From positions 124,001 through 188,000 of IMG/VR virus record IMGVR_UViG_3300033997_000092: DNA of 64,000 nt. The stretch is one strand, 5' to 3'. Below the pieces are notes generated by a model. The model was not told the DNA's origin and made no database searches. It was given only the letters and a program-made list of their open reading frames with translations. Positions 28,111 through 37,456 of the stretch are shown here, in pieces. A program made the translations under genes and the position numbers. Position 1 is the first letter of the stretch, and each line of letters starts with the position of its first letter.

Positions 28111-28656
28111 ATGAAACAAGACATAATCCAGTACAACAGTAAAATCGCAGGCACGGAATACCTGAGTTCGTTCTATATTTGTTCTCTGGTTGTCCGTGTC
28201 CGTGATAAGAAAGGCAATGAGTTATTGTTGACTTTCAATTCCGTTGAAGCGGCTTTTCATTACTTCAAAACGAAGACGCCGTTGTTCCGTGAAAAGATTT
28301 ATAGCTGTTCGATGCCTAGCAAAGCACGGTACTATGGCTCTGAGAAATCCGGCTGCCCGATGCGTGATGACTGGGATGAAATCAAATCCCGCGTTATGTA
28401 CAAACTCAACTTAGCTAAGTTTACCCAGAACCTCCTTCTCGGTACTTGGCTTGTTGCTACAGGCGAAGCCAAACTTATCGAGTTTTCCCCTTGGGATAAA
28501 GTTGACAACTTCTGGGGCGTCAACGAAAAAGGTGAGGGTAAAAACAAACACGGCCGCATCCTGACAAAAGTCCGCGCTAAACTGTCTGGTCGTAAGTACA
28601 AAATGTCCGACTTAGATCCAAGTGATCTGATTGTCGATATGTCCGAATATTATTAG
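28111..28656 (+). CDS. NADAR (YbiA-like) family protein
   Basis: LSSFY, FNSVEAAFHYFK, RDDWDEIK, AKFTQN, TGEAKLIE.SP, DNFWG, GKN..GRIL..VR. Confidence 0.88.
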   Translation: MKQDIIQYNSKIAGTEYLSSFYICSLVVRVRDKKGNELLLTFNSVEAAFHYFKTKTPLFREKIYSCSMPSKARYYGSEKSGCPMRDDWDEIKSRVMYKLNLAKFTQNLLLGTWLVATGEAKLIEFSPWDKVDNFWGVNEKGEGKNKHGRILTKVRAKLSGRKYKMSDLDPSDLIVDMSEYY

Positions 28657-28666
28657 GAGAAGTGCG

Positions 28667-29602
28667 ATGGTTGATATTAATGCAATTGCCGATTTACTTA
28701 TCGGTGCTTATCATTTAGCTTCAACGTCAGGTAAAGACGTTGTTGTTACCCGTGACATTCTCGATAAAGTTATGGGTGCAGACAACACTGAGTCAGACCG
28801 TATAGCTAATCTGCATGCCGTGCAGACTCTTTTGGCTCAACGGGACTTTGGCTTTGTTAGCTATCGTATGCAGGATCATCCTGTGTATCTGATCTCCAAC
28901 AACCTCAAAGATAAGATTGATTCTGCTGGACGTATCACTGATGATCACGTTAATCAAATGGTACGCAAGCAACGCAGTCGTGGTTTGGCAGCTATTCGTG
29001 ATTTGGCTGATTTGGATATGAGCGAATCCTTGCTGACCAAATCAACGTGTTCGGCTATCGGCCATTCCCGCATCGGTTACGTTGTACACAAAGACGGGAA
29101 GACTACCGTACAACAGAGCCAAGTGCGTTGTGTGCGTTGTGGTGCGTCAGGCTTGAAGTCATTACCTGCATTCATTATCGAAATGAAAGCTGTCAGTAAG
29201 ACTAAGCCTAACCAGTTGAAGATCACAGGCGTTTGTATTTCTGACTATGCCACAACCGACGTTGTTGAGTTGTCTTGGCGTGATGTCATTCACGTACCTG
29301 GACGTCGTAGCAACGTATTGTCTAAGGCCGCAGCTACATTCCCCCAATCTATCGCGCAAACTGATACTTACTTGCGTGATGTAATTGCAGAAGCAACTAT
29401 GTCTGGTACTGGTGATGACTGCAAACCTGAGAAAGCCCGTTTGCTTAAAGCTCCGTCCAAAAACAAAGATGCTTCTCAAAATAAAGTCAAAGAAGCTCCG
29501 CCGAAGAAAGTGCGTGACAAAAAGCCAGCTAAAGCTAAGCCAGCTAAAGCCGATAAGGACAAAGCTAAAAAGGATAAAACTGACCAGAAGAAACCACGTT
29601 AG
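28667..29602 (+). CDS. Hypothetical protein with Zn-binding motif and Lys-rich tail
   Basis: AGGAG RBS; C...GH...CVRCG. Confidence 0.7.
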   Translation: MVDINAIADLLIGAYHLASTSGKDVVVTRDILDKVMGADNTESDRIANLHAVQTLLAQRDFGFVSYRMQDHPVYLISNNLKDKIDSAGRITDDHVNQMVRKQRSRGLAAIRDLADLDMSESLLTKSTCSAIGHSRIGYVVHKDGKTTVQQSQVRCVRCGASGLKSLPAFIIEMKAVSKTKPNQLKITGVCISDYATTDVVELSWRDVIHVPGRRSNVLSKAAATFPQSIAQTDTYLRDVIAEATMSGTGDDCKPEKARLLKAPSKNKDASQNKVKEAPPKKVRDKKPAKAKPAKADKDKAKKDKTDQKKPR

Positions 29603-29638
29603 CCTGAGTGCGGAGCTTGTCTCCGCTGGAGATTTTGT

Positions 29639-30163
29639 ATGATCGACACCAATAATGTAGTAGCTCATTTGATGTCAAAGCCGTTTCCGAAAGCAACAGT
29701 GAAGTCGCCTAAGTTTTGGTTTTTCGTAGGTAACACACCTACAGAATATTTTATGCGTATGCCTGATGAAGGACAGTCATGTGGTGTACATTGTTCCTTT
29801 GTAACGATGCAGGAACCTTTACGGGAAGTTAAAATAACACTGGCTAACTTTGTCGATGACCTGCGCTTATCCGCACGATCTGTTTTGATGCAGATGAAAT
29901 TGCTTTGTATGTCTGAGCATTGCTGCTCTCCTAGTATGGATAAGTTTGTTGCTTGTCCTGAAAAGATTGACGAGTTTGTGCAAGAACTCCGCATCTATAT
30001 GGTAGAAACAAAGAATCCGCTATTCCCGATATTGGATTTTGTCGAAATCTATCTTGATAAAGCCAATCAGTCTGTTTGTGTGCGTGTAGTGCCTAACTAT
30101 GTCGGCATTTGCAAATCAGCGCGTGAACATTCGATTCCTTTGTTTGATTCAATGCAGGTATAG
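29639..30163 (+). CDS. Hypothetical protein
   Basis: 174-aa ORF. Confidence 0.6.
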   Translation: MIDTNNVVAHLMSKPFPKATVKSPKFWFFVGNTPTEYFMRMPDEGQSCGVHCSFVTMQEPLREVKITLANFVDDLRLSARSVLMQMKLLCMSEHCCSPSMDKFVACPEKIDEFVQELRIYMVETKNPLFPILDFVEIYLDKANQSVCVRVVPNYVGICKSAREHSIPLFDSMQV

Positions 30164-30164
30164 T

Positions 30165-30410
30165 ATGGCGACTTATCATCTTGCTTTGCCTAAAGGCCTA
30201 CACAAGGCCAATTACAAAAACTGGATTGTTGTCCAACAAATATCTCCTGGTACATTTGTTAAGTTCAACTCTACCCATAAATACAAGCGTGATGACTTTG
30301 AAGCTGTTGGTATTATGGATGTTGTTGAGCTTGTATCTAAACTGCAGGCACAAATTGCAACGTACCAGGACGTCTTATCAAAACTATTAAGGAAATCCAA
30401 ATGCGACTGA
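30165..30410 (+). CDS. Hypothetical protein
   Basis: ATG 30165 directly after the upstream stop. Confidence 0.55.
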   Translation: MATYHLALPKGLHKANYKNWIVVQQISPGTFVKFNSTHKYKRDDFEAVGIMDVVELVSKLQAQIATYQDVLSKLLRKSKCD

Positions 30411-30745
30411 CCGTTCTATGTGTTCCTCCGTACGATCAGCAACAGCCTGACGATTACAAAAATTTCTTAGATTTACTTCAGGAATTCTGTAAACAATTTG
30501 AACCCGGCGAAATCTTTACTACTGTCGGAATTTACCCTGATGGAAGCCTTAAATGGAACGGTGTTCCTGCAAAGAATCTTCCTGACCACATTTTGTACAA
30601 TATTATGAATCGGGGCGGCCGTACATTTTTAGTAAACGGTCTTGTATTCAACGCGGGAGCTTATGACCAGCACGAATTGCGTAATCTTTACGAGATTTAT
30701 TCCCAACGCTGTGCTGCTAAGCACGACACTCAACCTTATTGCTGA
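30401..30745 (+). CDS. Hypothetical protein
   Basis: 114-aa ORF, AAGGA RBS. Confidence 0.6.
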   Translation: MRLTVLCVPPYDQQQPDDYKNFLDLLQEFCKQFEPGEIFTTVGIYPDGSLKWNGVPAKNLPDHILYNIMNRGGRTFLVNGLVFNAGAYDQHELRNLYEIYSQRCAAKHDTQPYC

Positions 30746-30753
30746 GGTACACT

Positions 30754-31419
30754 ATGTCAAAGTTTAATGTTTTGGAAACGGAATACACTGATATAAAATC
30801 AAAAGAGACTTTTAAATGTGCGATGCTTTGTAACAACTCACGCATAAAGTTTGGCTTCCTTATGACTCAGGGACTTGTAGCTATGGTACCTGGCTATAAG
30901 CCATTAGTGTTTATGCTTATGAATGATCACCACAAAGCGGCTGCCTCAGGTACGATTGTTATAAAATCGTCTGGTATTTCTGATGTTGACTGCCGTACAG
31001 TAGTAAACGCTTTTGCTTCTGCGTTGGATGACAAACTAACCAACGTGTTGATTGCTGTTCCTACGTATGATATTTCTGACATTGAATCGGTTGAACCCAA
31101 CTATGCAACTATACTGACCTCGTACACTTTCGCGTATTTAGATTCTTCAAACTACTACGAAGGTACGTTTGGCTTGAAGACTTCGGTTTGTACAAGTTCT
31201 TGTTCGGTGGATGTCCTTGTATATGATTTGGAGTACACTAAAGAAACTCTATCTACTGGCGAAATGGTTGAACAAAATTACCCTATGCCAATTGATGAAT
31301 TGTGTGGGACATTCAAACTTTCTTTAGATATGTTTGTGTTTGATAAGACATGCAGCGATGTTGCATCGGACGGTGCATCCAACGTGGTATTAGTTGACTC
31401 TTCCAGTACACTACAGTAG
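30754..31419 (+). CDS. Hypothetical protein
   Basis: GAGG RBS before ATG 30754. Confidence 0.6.
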   Translation: MSKFNVLETEYTDIKSKETFKCAMLCNNSRIKFGFLMTQGLVAMVPGYKPLVFMLMNDHHKAAASGTIVIKSSGISDVDCRTVVNAFASALDDKLTNVLIAVPTYDISDIESVEPNYATILTSYTFAYLDSSNYYEGTFGLKTSVCTSSCSVDVLVYDLEYTKETLSTGEMVEQNYPMPIDELCGTFKLSLDMFVFDKTCSDVASDGASNVVLVDSSSTLQ

Positions 31420-31426
31420 GTACAGT

Positions 31427-32461
31427 ATGCGTATAGGTTTTGCATGTAAGTATGTCCATCCTGACCAAAGTCTTCCTAAGAAGCACCTGAAAGAAATCGA
31501 AGGCCGTTACAACATGCGAAGCACTACGGCCACACGCTGCCGTAACGATCCTGACTGGCAGGATTTGTTATGGGAGATTGCTGAGCATAACGCACAGTGT
31601 ATTATTAACCTCGTAGAATACGTTAGCTCTTTGCCAAAAATGGCACACATGGTCCGTATAAGCAGTGATGTTCTTCCACTGTACACTCATGTTGAGTTTC
31701 AACATTTCTACAAACGCAAAGATGTCCGCACTATGTTAGCTAAATGCCTGGCTCCTGCAGGTCAGTTAGCCCGTGACAAGGATATCCGACTTAGCTTTCA
31801 TCCAGGTCAGTTCTGTGTGTTAGCTTCTGATAGACCAGATGTAGTTGAGAACTCTATCCTTGAGTTTGAATACCATACAGACGTTGCCAAGTACATGGGT
31901 TACTGCAAATCGTTTCAGGATTTTAAATGCAATGTTCATCTGTCGGGTAAGGGCGGTGTAGAACAATTCCGTAAGACGTTTAAGAAGTTGAGTCCTGAGG
32001 CACGTAATATCCTTACGATAGAGAACGACGAGTATAGTGCAGGCCTTGATTATGTATTGTTTGTGTCTGACATTGTTCCAATCGTTTTAGATATTCACCA
32101 CAATTGGATAAACACAGGCAACTACATACGACCGTCAGACCCCCGCGTTAGGCAGGTTTTAGATAGTTGGCAAGGCAAACGTCCTACCATGCACTATTCG
32201 TATAGCCGTGAAGAAGTTCTGCTGAGTGCTGGCCATAAGTGTAAATACACTAACCCAAACATGGATAAACTTTTAAAGCGTGGCGCTGTATCAGGTAAGT
32301 TAAGGGCCCACAGCGACTTTTATCCAAATGTATCTGCCAATCGTTGGGCACTAAGTTTTTTGCCTGAGTTTGATATTATGTGTGAGAGCAAGATGAAAAA
32401 CTTGGCTTCACTGGAACTAATTGAATTTTACAGGAGCATACATGCAAGCAATGCTACTTAG
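31427..32461 (+). CDS. uvsE: UV damage endonuclease
   Basis: MRIGFACKY, RISSD, RLSFHPGQF.VL.S, IEND, LDIHH, HYS, AHSD, DIMCESK. Confidence 0.92.
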   Translation: MRIGFACKYVHPDQSLPKKHLKEIEGRYNMRSTTATRCRNDPDWQDLLWEIAEHNAQCIINLVEYVSSLPKMAHMVRISSDVLPLYTHVEFQHFYKRKDVRTMLAKCLAPAGQLARDKDIRLSFHPGQFCVLASDRPDVVENSILEFEYHTDVAKYMGYCKSFQDFKCNVHLSGKGGVEQFRKTFKKLSPEARNILTIENDEYSAGLDYVLFVSDIVPIVLDIHHNWINTGNYIRPSDPRVRQVLDSWQGKRPTMHYSYSREEVLLSAGHKCKYTNPNMDKLLKRGAVSGKLRAHSDFYPNVSANRWALSFLPEFDIMCESKMKNLASLELIEFYRSIHASNAT

Positions 32462-32732
32462 TGATTTGGACGCATCTGCCATAATCTATGGTTTCCGTCC
32501 TCGCACAGAAAAAGAAAACGTGCAAGAATACCGTAATGAGTTTGCCGTTGCTTTACGCCGCGGCGGTCACGGTGAATCTGCCTTCTGTGTTTATACCAGT
32601 TTGCGTCGTGATGACTTCTCTGGTCAGAATCCATTTGACGTACTCAAAATATTCGACAAAGTTAAAGCACTAGAAGATGATCCGAAGTATCTTCATGTGG
32701 AAGCTTTGCCCCGTTATAAGGCGTCCTCGTAA
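32442..32732 (+). CDS. Hypothetical protein
   Basis: AGGAG RBS. Confidence 0.55.
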   Translation: MQAMLLSDLDASAIIYGFRPRTEKENVQEYRNEFAVALRRGGHGESAFCVYTSLRRDDFSGQNPFDVLKIFDKVKALEDDPKYLHVEALPRYKASS

Positions 32733-32759
32733 GGCTGTAATCGTTGGAGTGTAAACGAT

Positions 32760-32927
32760 ATGAAAGAAATTCGCAGAGACATCTACCGTGATGGCCTCAA
32801 CAAAATGCCATATCCTCAACTGGACAGAACGTATGCCAGCTTGATGGGTTCGCAACCTAATCTACGTGAGAGTGCGGCTCGCCGTGCTGCTATGCAGCGC
32901 CGTGTATTGCGTAGCTTATTAAAATAA
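32760..32927 (+). CDS. 55-aa basic hypothetical protein (not in ORF track)
   Basis: GGAG RBS; MKEIRRDIYRDG...; fills intergenic gap. Confidence 0.45.
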   Translation: MKEIRRDIYRDGLNKMPYPQLDRTYASLMGSQPNLRESAARRAAMQRRVLRSLLK

Positions 32928-32949
32928 TGTCAATAGAAGGAAATATACT

Positions 32950-34677
32950 GTGGAACATGCAATCGATGATTTAAAACAGCTTCCTGTTTCTGCTGTGCTT
33001 GGGTTTGTTGAAAAGTACCATCCCAGCTACGCAGACACTTTGTACAACAACCACTCAGGCCTCAACCTGAATGCAGCTATTCGCTTTTTAATACTGGCCG
33101 ACGTGTTGGCTAAATTCAGTACGTTTAAATACTTCCTTGTTCACACAATGATGCTGGAAGACTCTATCGATGTCTTCAACGGTAAAGTTCATGTGACAAC
33201 AAGCAAGTTTGCTGAATTGTATGAATCTTTATCGCCTGAAGCCCTCGGTATCTTACTTGGCGCGGCCATTCAGGCTCCTGGTCACCTGGACTTCGATCCT
33301 GATGTCGCTAATCAGTTGCACAGCAAAGACAAACAGCAAGCCGTTTACGCCTTGATTGCTTTGTTGGGTTACCTGATGCCTTTTGATCGCAGTGACTTCT
33401 CTAAATTCGTAGAGGCGCGCACCGAAGCAGTTTTTGAAACAACAACACACTCAGGTGATTACGTTTCTGCCCGGTTTAACAACGGCCATGTCGAAACCCT
33501 GTATGAGTTTATCGGCAGCTCTGATGCACCAGTATTGTTTTCTCCTGAAGGCAAATACTACGGTATTTCTTACAGTGTTGATTCCGAGGTTGACTTTGCA
33601 GCGCAGCCTGTTATCGAAGGTGAAGTCGAAGCTTTGGAGATTCTTATTCCAAACATGATGACGAATGCTGAAATCGAAGAAGCAGAGCCTGCATATCTGC
33701 GCCGTATTGCTTTGATTCAGGCTCTTCCTAACAATCAGGATTTAGATTTGGCTAAACTGGCTACTCTGCCTGATAGCGTTCTGGCTAAGATGGGAGATCC
33801 TGCGACTCACCACAGTGCGTTTAACAAGCTGCGTCCTACTAAAGTTAGTCGCAGTACAGGCTACTCTAATCAGTGTCGTGATTTAATTGCTCCTACGATT
33901 CTCAGTTTGAAAACTGACTTGGAGCAATTCGGCGAATCGTTTATGATTGTTGGTGCCGCCACTGTGCAGCGTTTGATTGCTTCTATGCGTAGCCTCAAAC
34001 CTGCTGAAGACGGTCACGACCATAACGCACATTTTAACGTAGTTTCTTTTATGGGCGAGAAGTTTGCCGACAGTAAAGCTGCCGAATTGCCTATCAAAGT
34101 AATTGAGTCCTGTGTTGAAGGCGACACAGTATTTGTTCCGTTTGACCGCGCGTTGCTTACCGACTATTTGCAGTCTGTTGGTATGCCGTACAACACAAAA
34201 CGGATCAAAGAAGGCGCGTTGATTATTTCTCTGTACAATGCGTTGGATGATTACCGTAATCAGTATCAGCTTTCACAGCATGGCACAGATGCCGACGACG
34301 AAGATAATGACGAAGCCGACACAGAGTCGTATGAAGGTGAAACCAGTAACGAACTTGGTGCCCGTGACATTGTTGCTCTGCATAATCTCAGTTTGACAAT
34401 ACAGGTAGCAGGTCAGGATTATCAGATTCCTACCTCTATCGAACACGGCCTTGACCTGCCTTTGAACAACGTGGCTCCTCGTGTGAATGAAATAGCGACG
34501 GATGCGTCCAACGCTATTAAGCACTTGGTTGGTCAACTCAAAGCATGTGAGGGTGACGGACGTATCGATAAGCTGGTAGAGCTTGGATATGACCGCGATA
34601 CGTTAGAAGCGTTAGACCCAGAGATTAGTGAAAACTATCTCAATCGTCTGCTGGCGCAACATAGCCTCAAACGCTAA
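32950..34677 (+). CDS. Large hypothetical protein
   Basis: 575-aa ORF, AAGGA RBS. Confidence 0.75.
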   Translation: MEHAIDDLKQLPVSAVLGFVEKYHPSYADTLYNNHSGLNLNAAIRFLILADVLAKFSTFKYFLVHTMMLEDSIDVFNGKVHVTTSKFAELYESLSPEALGILLGAAIQAPGHLDFDPDVANQLHSKDKQQAVYALIALLGYLMPFDRSDFSKFVEARTEAVFETTTHSGDYVSARFNNGHVETLYEFIGSSDAPVLFSPEGKYYGISYSVDSEVDFAAQPVIEGEVEALEILIPNMMTNAEIEEAEPAYLRRIALIQALPNNQDLDLAKLATLPDSVLAKMGDPATHHSAFNKLRPTKVSRSTGYSNQCRDLIAPTILSLKTDLEQFGESFMIVGAATVQRLIASMRSLKPAEDGHDHNAHFNVVSFMGEKFADSKAAELPIKVIESCVEGDTVFVPFDRALLTDYLQSVGMPYNTKRIKEGALIISLYNALDDYRNQYQLSQHGTDADDEDNDEADTESYEGETSNELGARDIVALHNLSLTIQVAGQDYQIPTSIEHGLDLPLNNVAPRVNEIATDASNAIKHLVGQLKACEGDGRIDKLVELGYDRDTLEALDPEISENYLNRLLAQHSLKR

Positions 34678-34734
34678 CTCTGTTAACCGTAGCAAAAATA
34701 GGGTATTGACTTATCACCAATACCCTAGTATAAT
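34678..34734 (+). promoter_or_regulatory. Early sigma70-type promoter (copy 3)
   Basis: CTCTGTTAACCGTAGCAAAAATAGG..TTGACT-N17-TATAAT; 10-bp inverted repeat over the -35. Confidence 0.85.
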
Positions 34735-34807
34735 GTACCCATGCACAGCGCATAGAATACATAGATTACTGAGGGACTAAAGCAGATAGTATCTGTCCCA
34801 TAAGTAG

Positions 34808-34865
34808 TTCTATTAACCGTAGCAAAAATAGGGTATTGACTACGGGCACCTAACCCGTGTATAAT
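34808..34865 (+). promoter_or_regulatory. Early sigma70-type promoter (copy 4)
   Basis: Same box; TTGACT-N18-TATAAT. Confidence 0.8.
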
Positions 34866-34915
34866 CTGCCCTGTAATTTGATTCGTTTTTCACAACTATT
34901 TATTGGAGAGCTACT

Positions 34916-35539
34916 ATGGCTATCAAACGCAAAAATATCGCAGGTAAGAAATCTTCAACTAAAGCAGCAAAAGCTGAAACTCAGGTGAAGTTGGTTAAAC
35001 CCAAGGCTTTGAAGAAAGTCAAAAAAGCTGATGCTGACAAAGGTGTAAATAAAGCACCACAAGCAGCTACTACCAAGCTGAATGCTAAGGCTAAAGAAAA
35101 GCTGACCAATTACTTGGCCACGCAAGGTGCCTTAGTTAGCACAATGTTTGCTGCTGTTGAAGAACACGGTGTTGATCGAGTATTGGCTGCTCTGGCTAAC
35201 ATCAAACCAGGTAAGCCTGCGAAAGAACCGAAAACAACTAAAGCTCCTAAAGACTCTAAAGCTAAGGTTGTGCAGTTCACACGTCCTGGTCGCGAGTTCC
35301 CTGTTTCTCTGAAAAAGCAAAAACAGGATTTTGCAACTATCAAAGACGGCTACCGTGATGCTATGGCTAAAGTGCCTAAAGAGCTGGGTGTTCGTATGAC
35401 ACACTTCAACAAAGTGATCACTGCGAACAAAGTCACCTTGTTAGTTTCTGGTGTTCGTCGTGTAGACGGCGTATGGTCGTTCACTGGTATCACTGCTGAC
35501 AACAAGAAAGCAAACGTACCAGTCGAATCTGTTTTGTAA
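34916..35539 (+). CDS. Lys/Ala-rich basic protein
   Basis: 207-aa ORF, GGAG RBS. Confidence 0.75.
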   Translation: MAIKRKNIAGKKSSTKAAKAETQVKLVKPKALKKVKKADADKGVNKAPQAATTKLNAKAKEKLTNYLATQGALVSTMFAAVEEHGVDRVLAALANIKPGKPAKEPKTTKAPKDSKAKVVQFTRPGREFPVSLKKQKQDFATIKDGYRDAMAKVPKELGVRMTHFNKVITANKVTLLVSGVRRVDGVWSFTGITADNKKANVPVESVL

Positions 35540-35626
35540 TACATGGTGGGTAATACCCACCTTTCTAATTCTGTAAATAAACCAACGTGATTCAAAAATC
35601 ACAAATATCAACTGTGGAGAGTTAAC

Positions 35627-37393
35627 ATGCCTAAAGTTAAAAGTAACTCAGGTTTAGTCGGTAAGTCAGTTGCACGTTTAGATGGTTCAACTGATAAGAT
35701 TATTGAAGTAATCGGCCGTGGTTACAAAACTAAGTCTGGCGGCCGCGCCATCAGCCCTGATTGCCTGGTGTCTGTCAAAGGTAAACTGACCGAAATCGAA
35801 CCTGTAAGCAAACGTCTGATCGAAGACTCAGGCAAAGGCTATGCGAAGCTGACCGAAGAAGCGCCAGCTAAAAAATCCAAGTCAGGTAAAGAAGAAAAAG
35901 CTTCTGGTAAATCTGGCGGTAAATCTGGCAAAGGCTCAGGCAGCAAATCTGGCAAAGATGAAAAGCCAGCTAAAGGCAAAGCTAAGAAAGCTGATGCCGA
36001 TGAAAAGCCAGCTAAAGGCAAAGCTAAACGTAAACAGGCCGAAGACGTTGATCTGGAAATGGACGATGATGTTCAGCAGGTAGAAATTGACGACATCAAC
36101 CAAAACCTGGCAAACGAAATCAATAAGCTGGCCAAAAACACACTGACTGCCGTGCTGAAAAAGCATTACAGCAACGTCACCGATGTTAAAGTGCAGGTAC
36201 AGTTCAATCCTGATAGTTCAGATGACAATCAGGTAGTGAACGTCAACTCCAGCGTGTTCATCGCTATGCCTCAGATGCCTGAGTTTGAAATGTCGAAAGC
36301 CGTTTCAAAAGTAGTGTTGGCCGGTGTGTGGGAAAAGCAAGTCGAAAAAGAAAGCAGCGTTGCTAAGAAAGTTGCTTCTCTGTTAGACCTGGACGAAGGT
36401 GTGTATCCTGAAGTTGGTTCAAGCCTGGTCGATGAAGATGGCAGCATGTTCTTCTTTGTTGGTATTCACAAAGACAAAAAGCATTTTGTCCTGCAGGACG
36501 AAGACGGTGCAGCGGTACTGTTGTTAACTGCCGACTTTGAAGCCTACGACATGCCTGTGTCTTCTGCTGCTCCTGAAGAGGAAGAGCTTGACCTGGACAT
36601 GGACGATGAAGACGAACTGGAACTGGATCTGGACGAAGACGATTCTGATGCCGACGGCGAAGACGAAGACGGTGTTGACGACGAAAGTGGTGACGATAGC
36701 GAAGACCCGTTAGAAGGCATGGATGAAAAGTCCATCGCTAAACTTCTGAAGAAGAAGTGGACACGTGCCCAGATGGAACAGTACCTGGATGATTACTTCG
36801 AGTTAGATGACGAAGAAATCGAAACCATTTCTGAACTTTCTGATGACGAGCTGGCCGACTACGTAGCTAACTACTGTGCTGCTGCGGATAACGCTGCCGA
36901 CGAAGAAGAGGAAGAGGAGTCTGACGAAGACGACGATTCTGGCCTGGACGAAGACTTCTCCGAAACTGACGAAGACGAAGACGAAGACTCCGACGACTCT
37001 GATGAAGAGGAAGAAGAGGAATCTGACGAAGATTCTGACGAAGACGAGGAAGAGGAGTCTGATGAAGATTCTGACGAAGACGAGGAAGAGGAGTCTGATG
37101 AAGATGAAGACGACTCGGATGCCGACGAAGAAGAGGAAGAGGAGGAAGAGGAGTCTGATGAAGACGACGAATCCATTGACGCCGATTACATCAACGGCCT
37201 GAGCGGTTCTGAACTGGCTACCTTCTACAATGAAAACAAACAGTCATTGCCTCCGATGCCTAAAGCTATCCGCAATCAGACAGATAAAAAGAAACGCAAA
37301 GCTGCTCTGGCTGCCTGGCTGATCGAAAACTTAGTCGAAGAAGACACCGATACTCTGGGTCTGGACGAAGACGAATTCGGCGACGACGAATAA
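35627..37393 (+). CDS. Very acidic low-complexity protein with basic N-terminal region
   Basis: 588 aa with long D/E tracts. Confidence 0.8.
   Translation: MPKVKSNSGLVGKSVARLDGSTDKIIEVIGRGYKTKSGGRAISPDCLVSVKGKLTEIEPVSKRLIEDSGKGYAKLTEEAPAKKSKSGKEEKASGKSGGKSGKGSGSKSGKDEKPAKGKAKKADADEKPAKGKAKRKQAEDVDLEMDDDVQQVEIDDINQNLANEINKLAKNTLTAVLKKHYSNVTDVKVQVQFNPDSSDDNQVVNVNSSVFIAMPQMPEFEMSKAVSKVVLAGVWEKQVEKESSVAKKVASLLDLDEGVYPEVGSSLVDEDGSMFFFVGIHKDKKHFVLQDEDGAAVLLLTADFEAYDMPVSSAAPEEEELDLDMDDEDELELDLDEDDSDADGEDEDGVDDESGDDSEDPLEGMDEKSIAKLLKKKWTRAQMEQYLDDYFELDDEEIETISELSDDELADYVANYCAAADNAADEEEEEESDEDDDSGLDEDFSETDEDEDEDSDDSDEEEEEESDEDSDEDEEEESDEDSDEDEEEESDEDEDDSDADEEEEEEEEESDEDDESIDADYINGLSGSELATFYNENKQSLPPMPKAIRNQTDKKKRKAALAAWLIENLVEEDTDTLGLDEDEFGDDE
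36992..37047 (+). repeat. 56-bp exact repeat, copy 1 (copy 2 at 39142-39197)
   Basis: GACGACTCTGATGAAGAGGAAGAAGAGGAATCTGACGAAGATTCTGACGAAGACGA present in two different genes. Confidence 0.9.
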
Positions 37394-37421
37394 TTCTTCT
37401 GTCCTGAATAGGAAGACTAAT

Positions 37422-37447
37422 AAGAGGGCACATCTGCTGCCCTCTTT
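37422..37447 (+). terminator. Probable terminator
   Basis: AAGAGGGCA/TGCCCTCTT stem with short T tail. Confidence 0.5.
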
Positions 37448-37456
37448 GGAGATTGC

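Noticed and set aside
36890-37175. Periodic repeats as CRISPR or iterons
   Set aside because: In-frame coding repeats for acidic tracts
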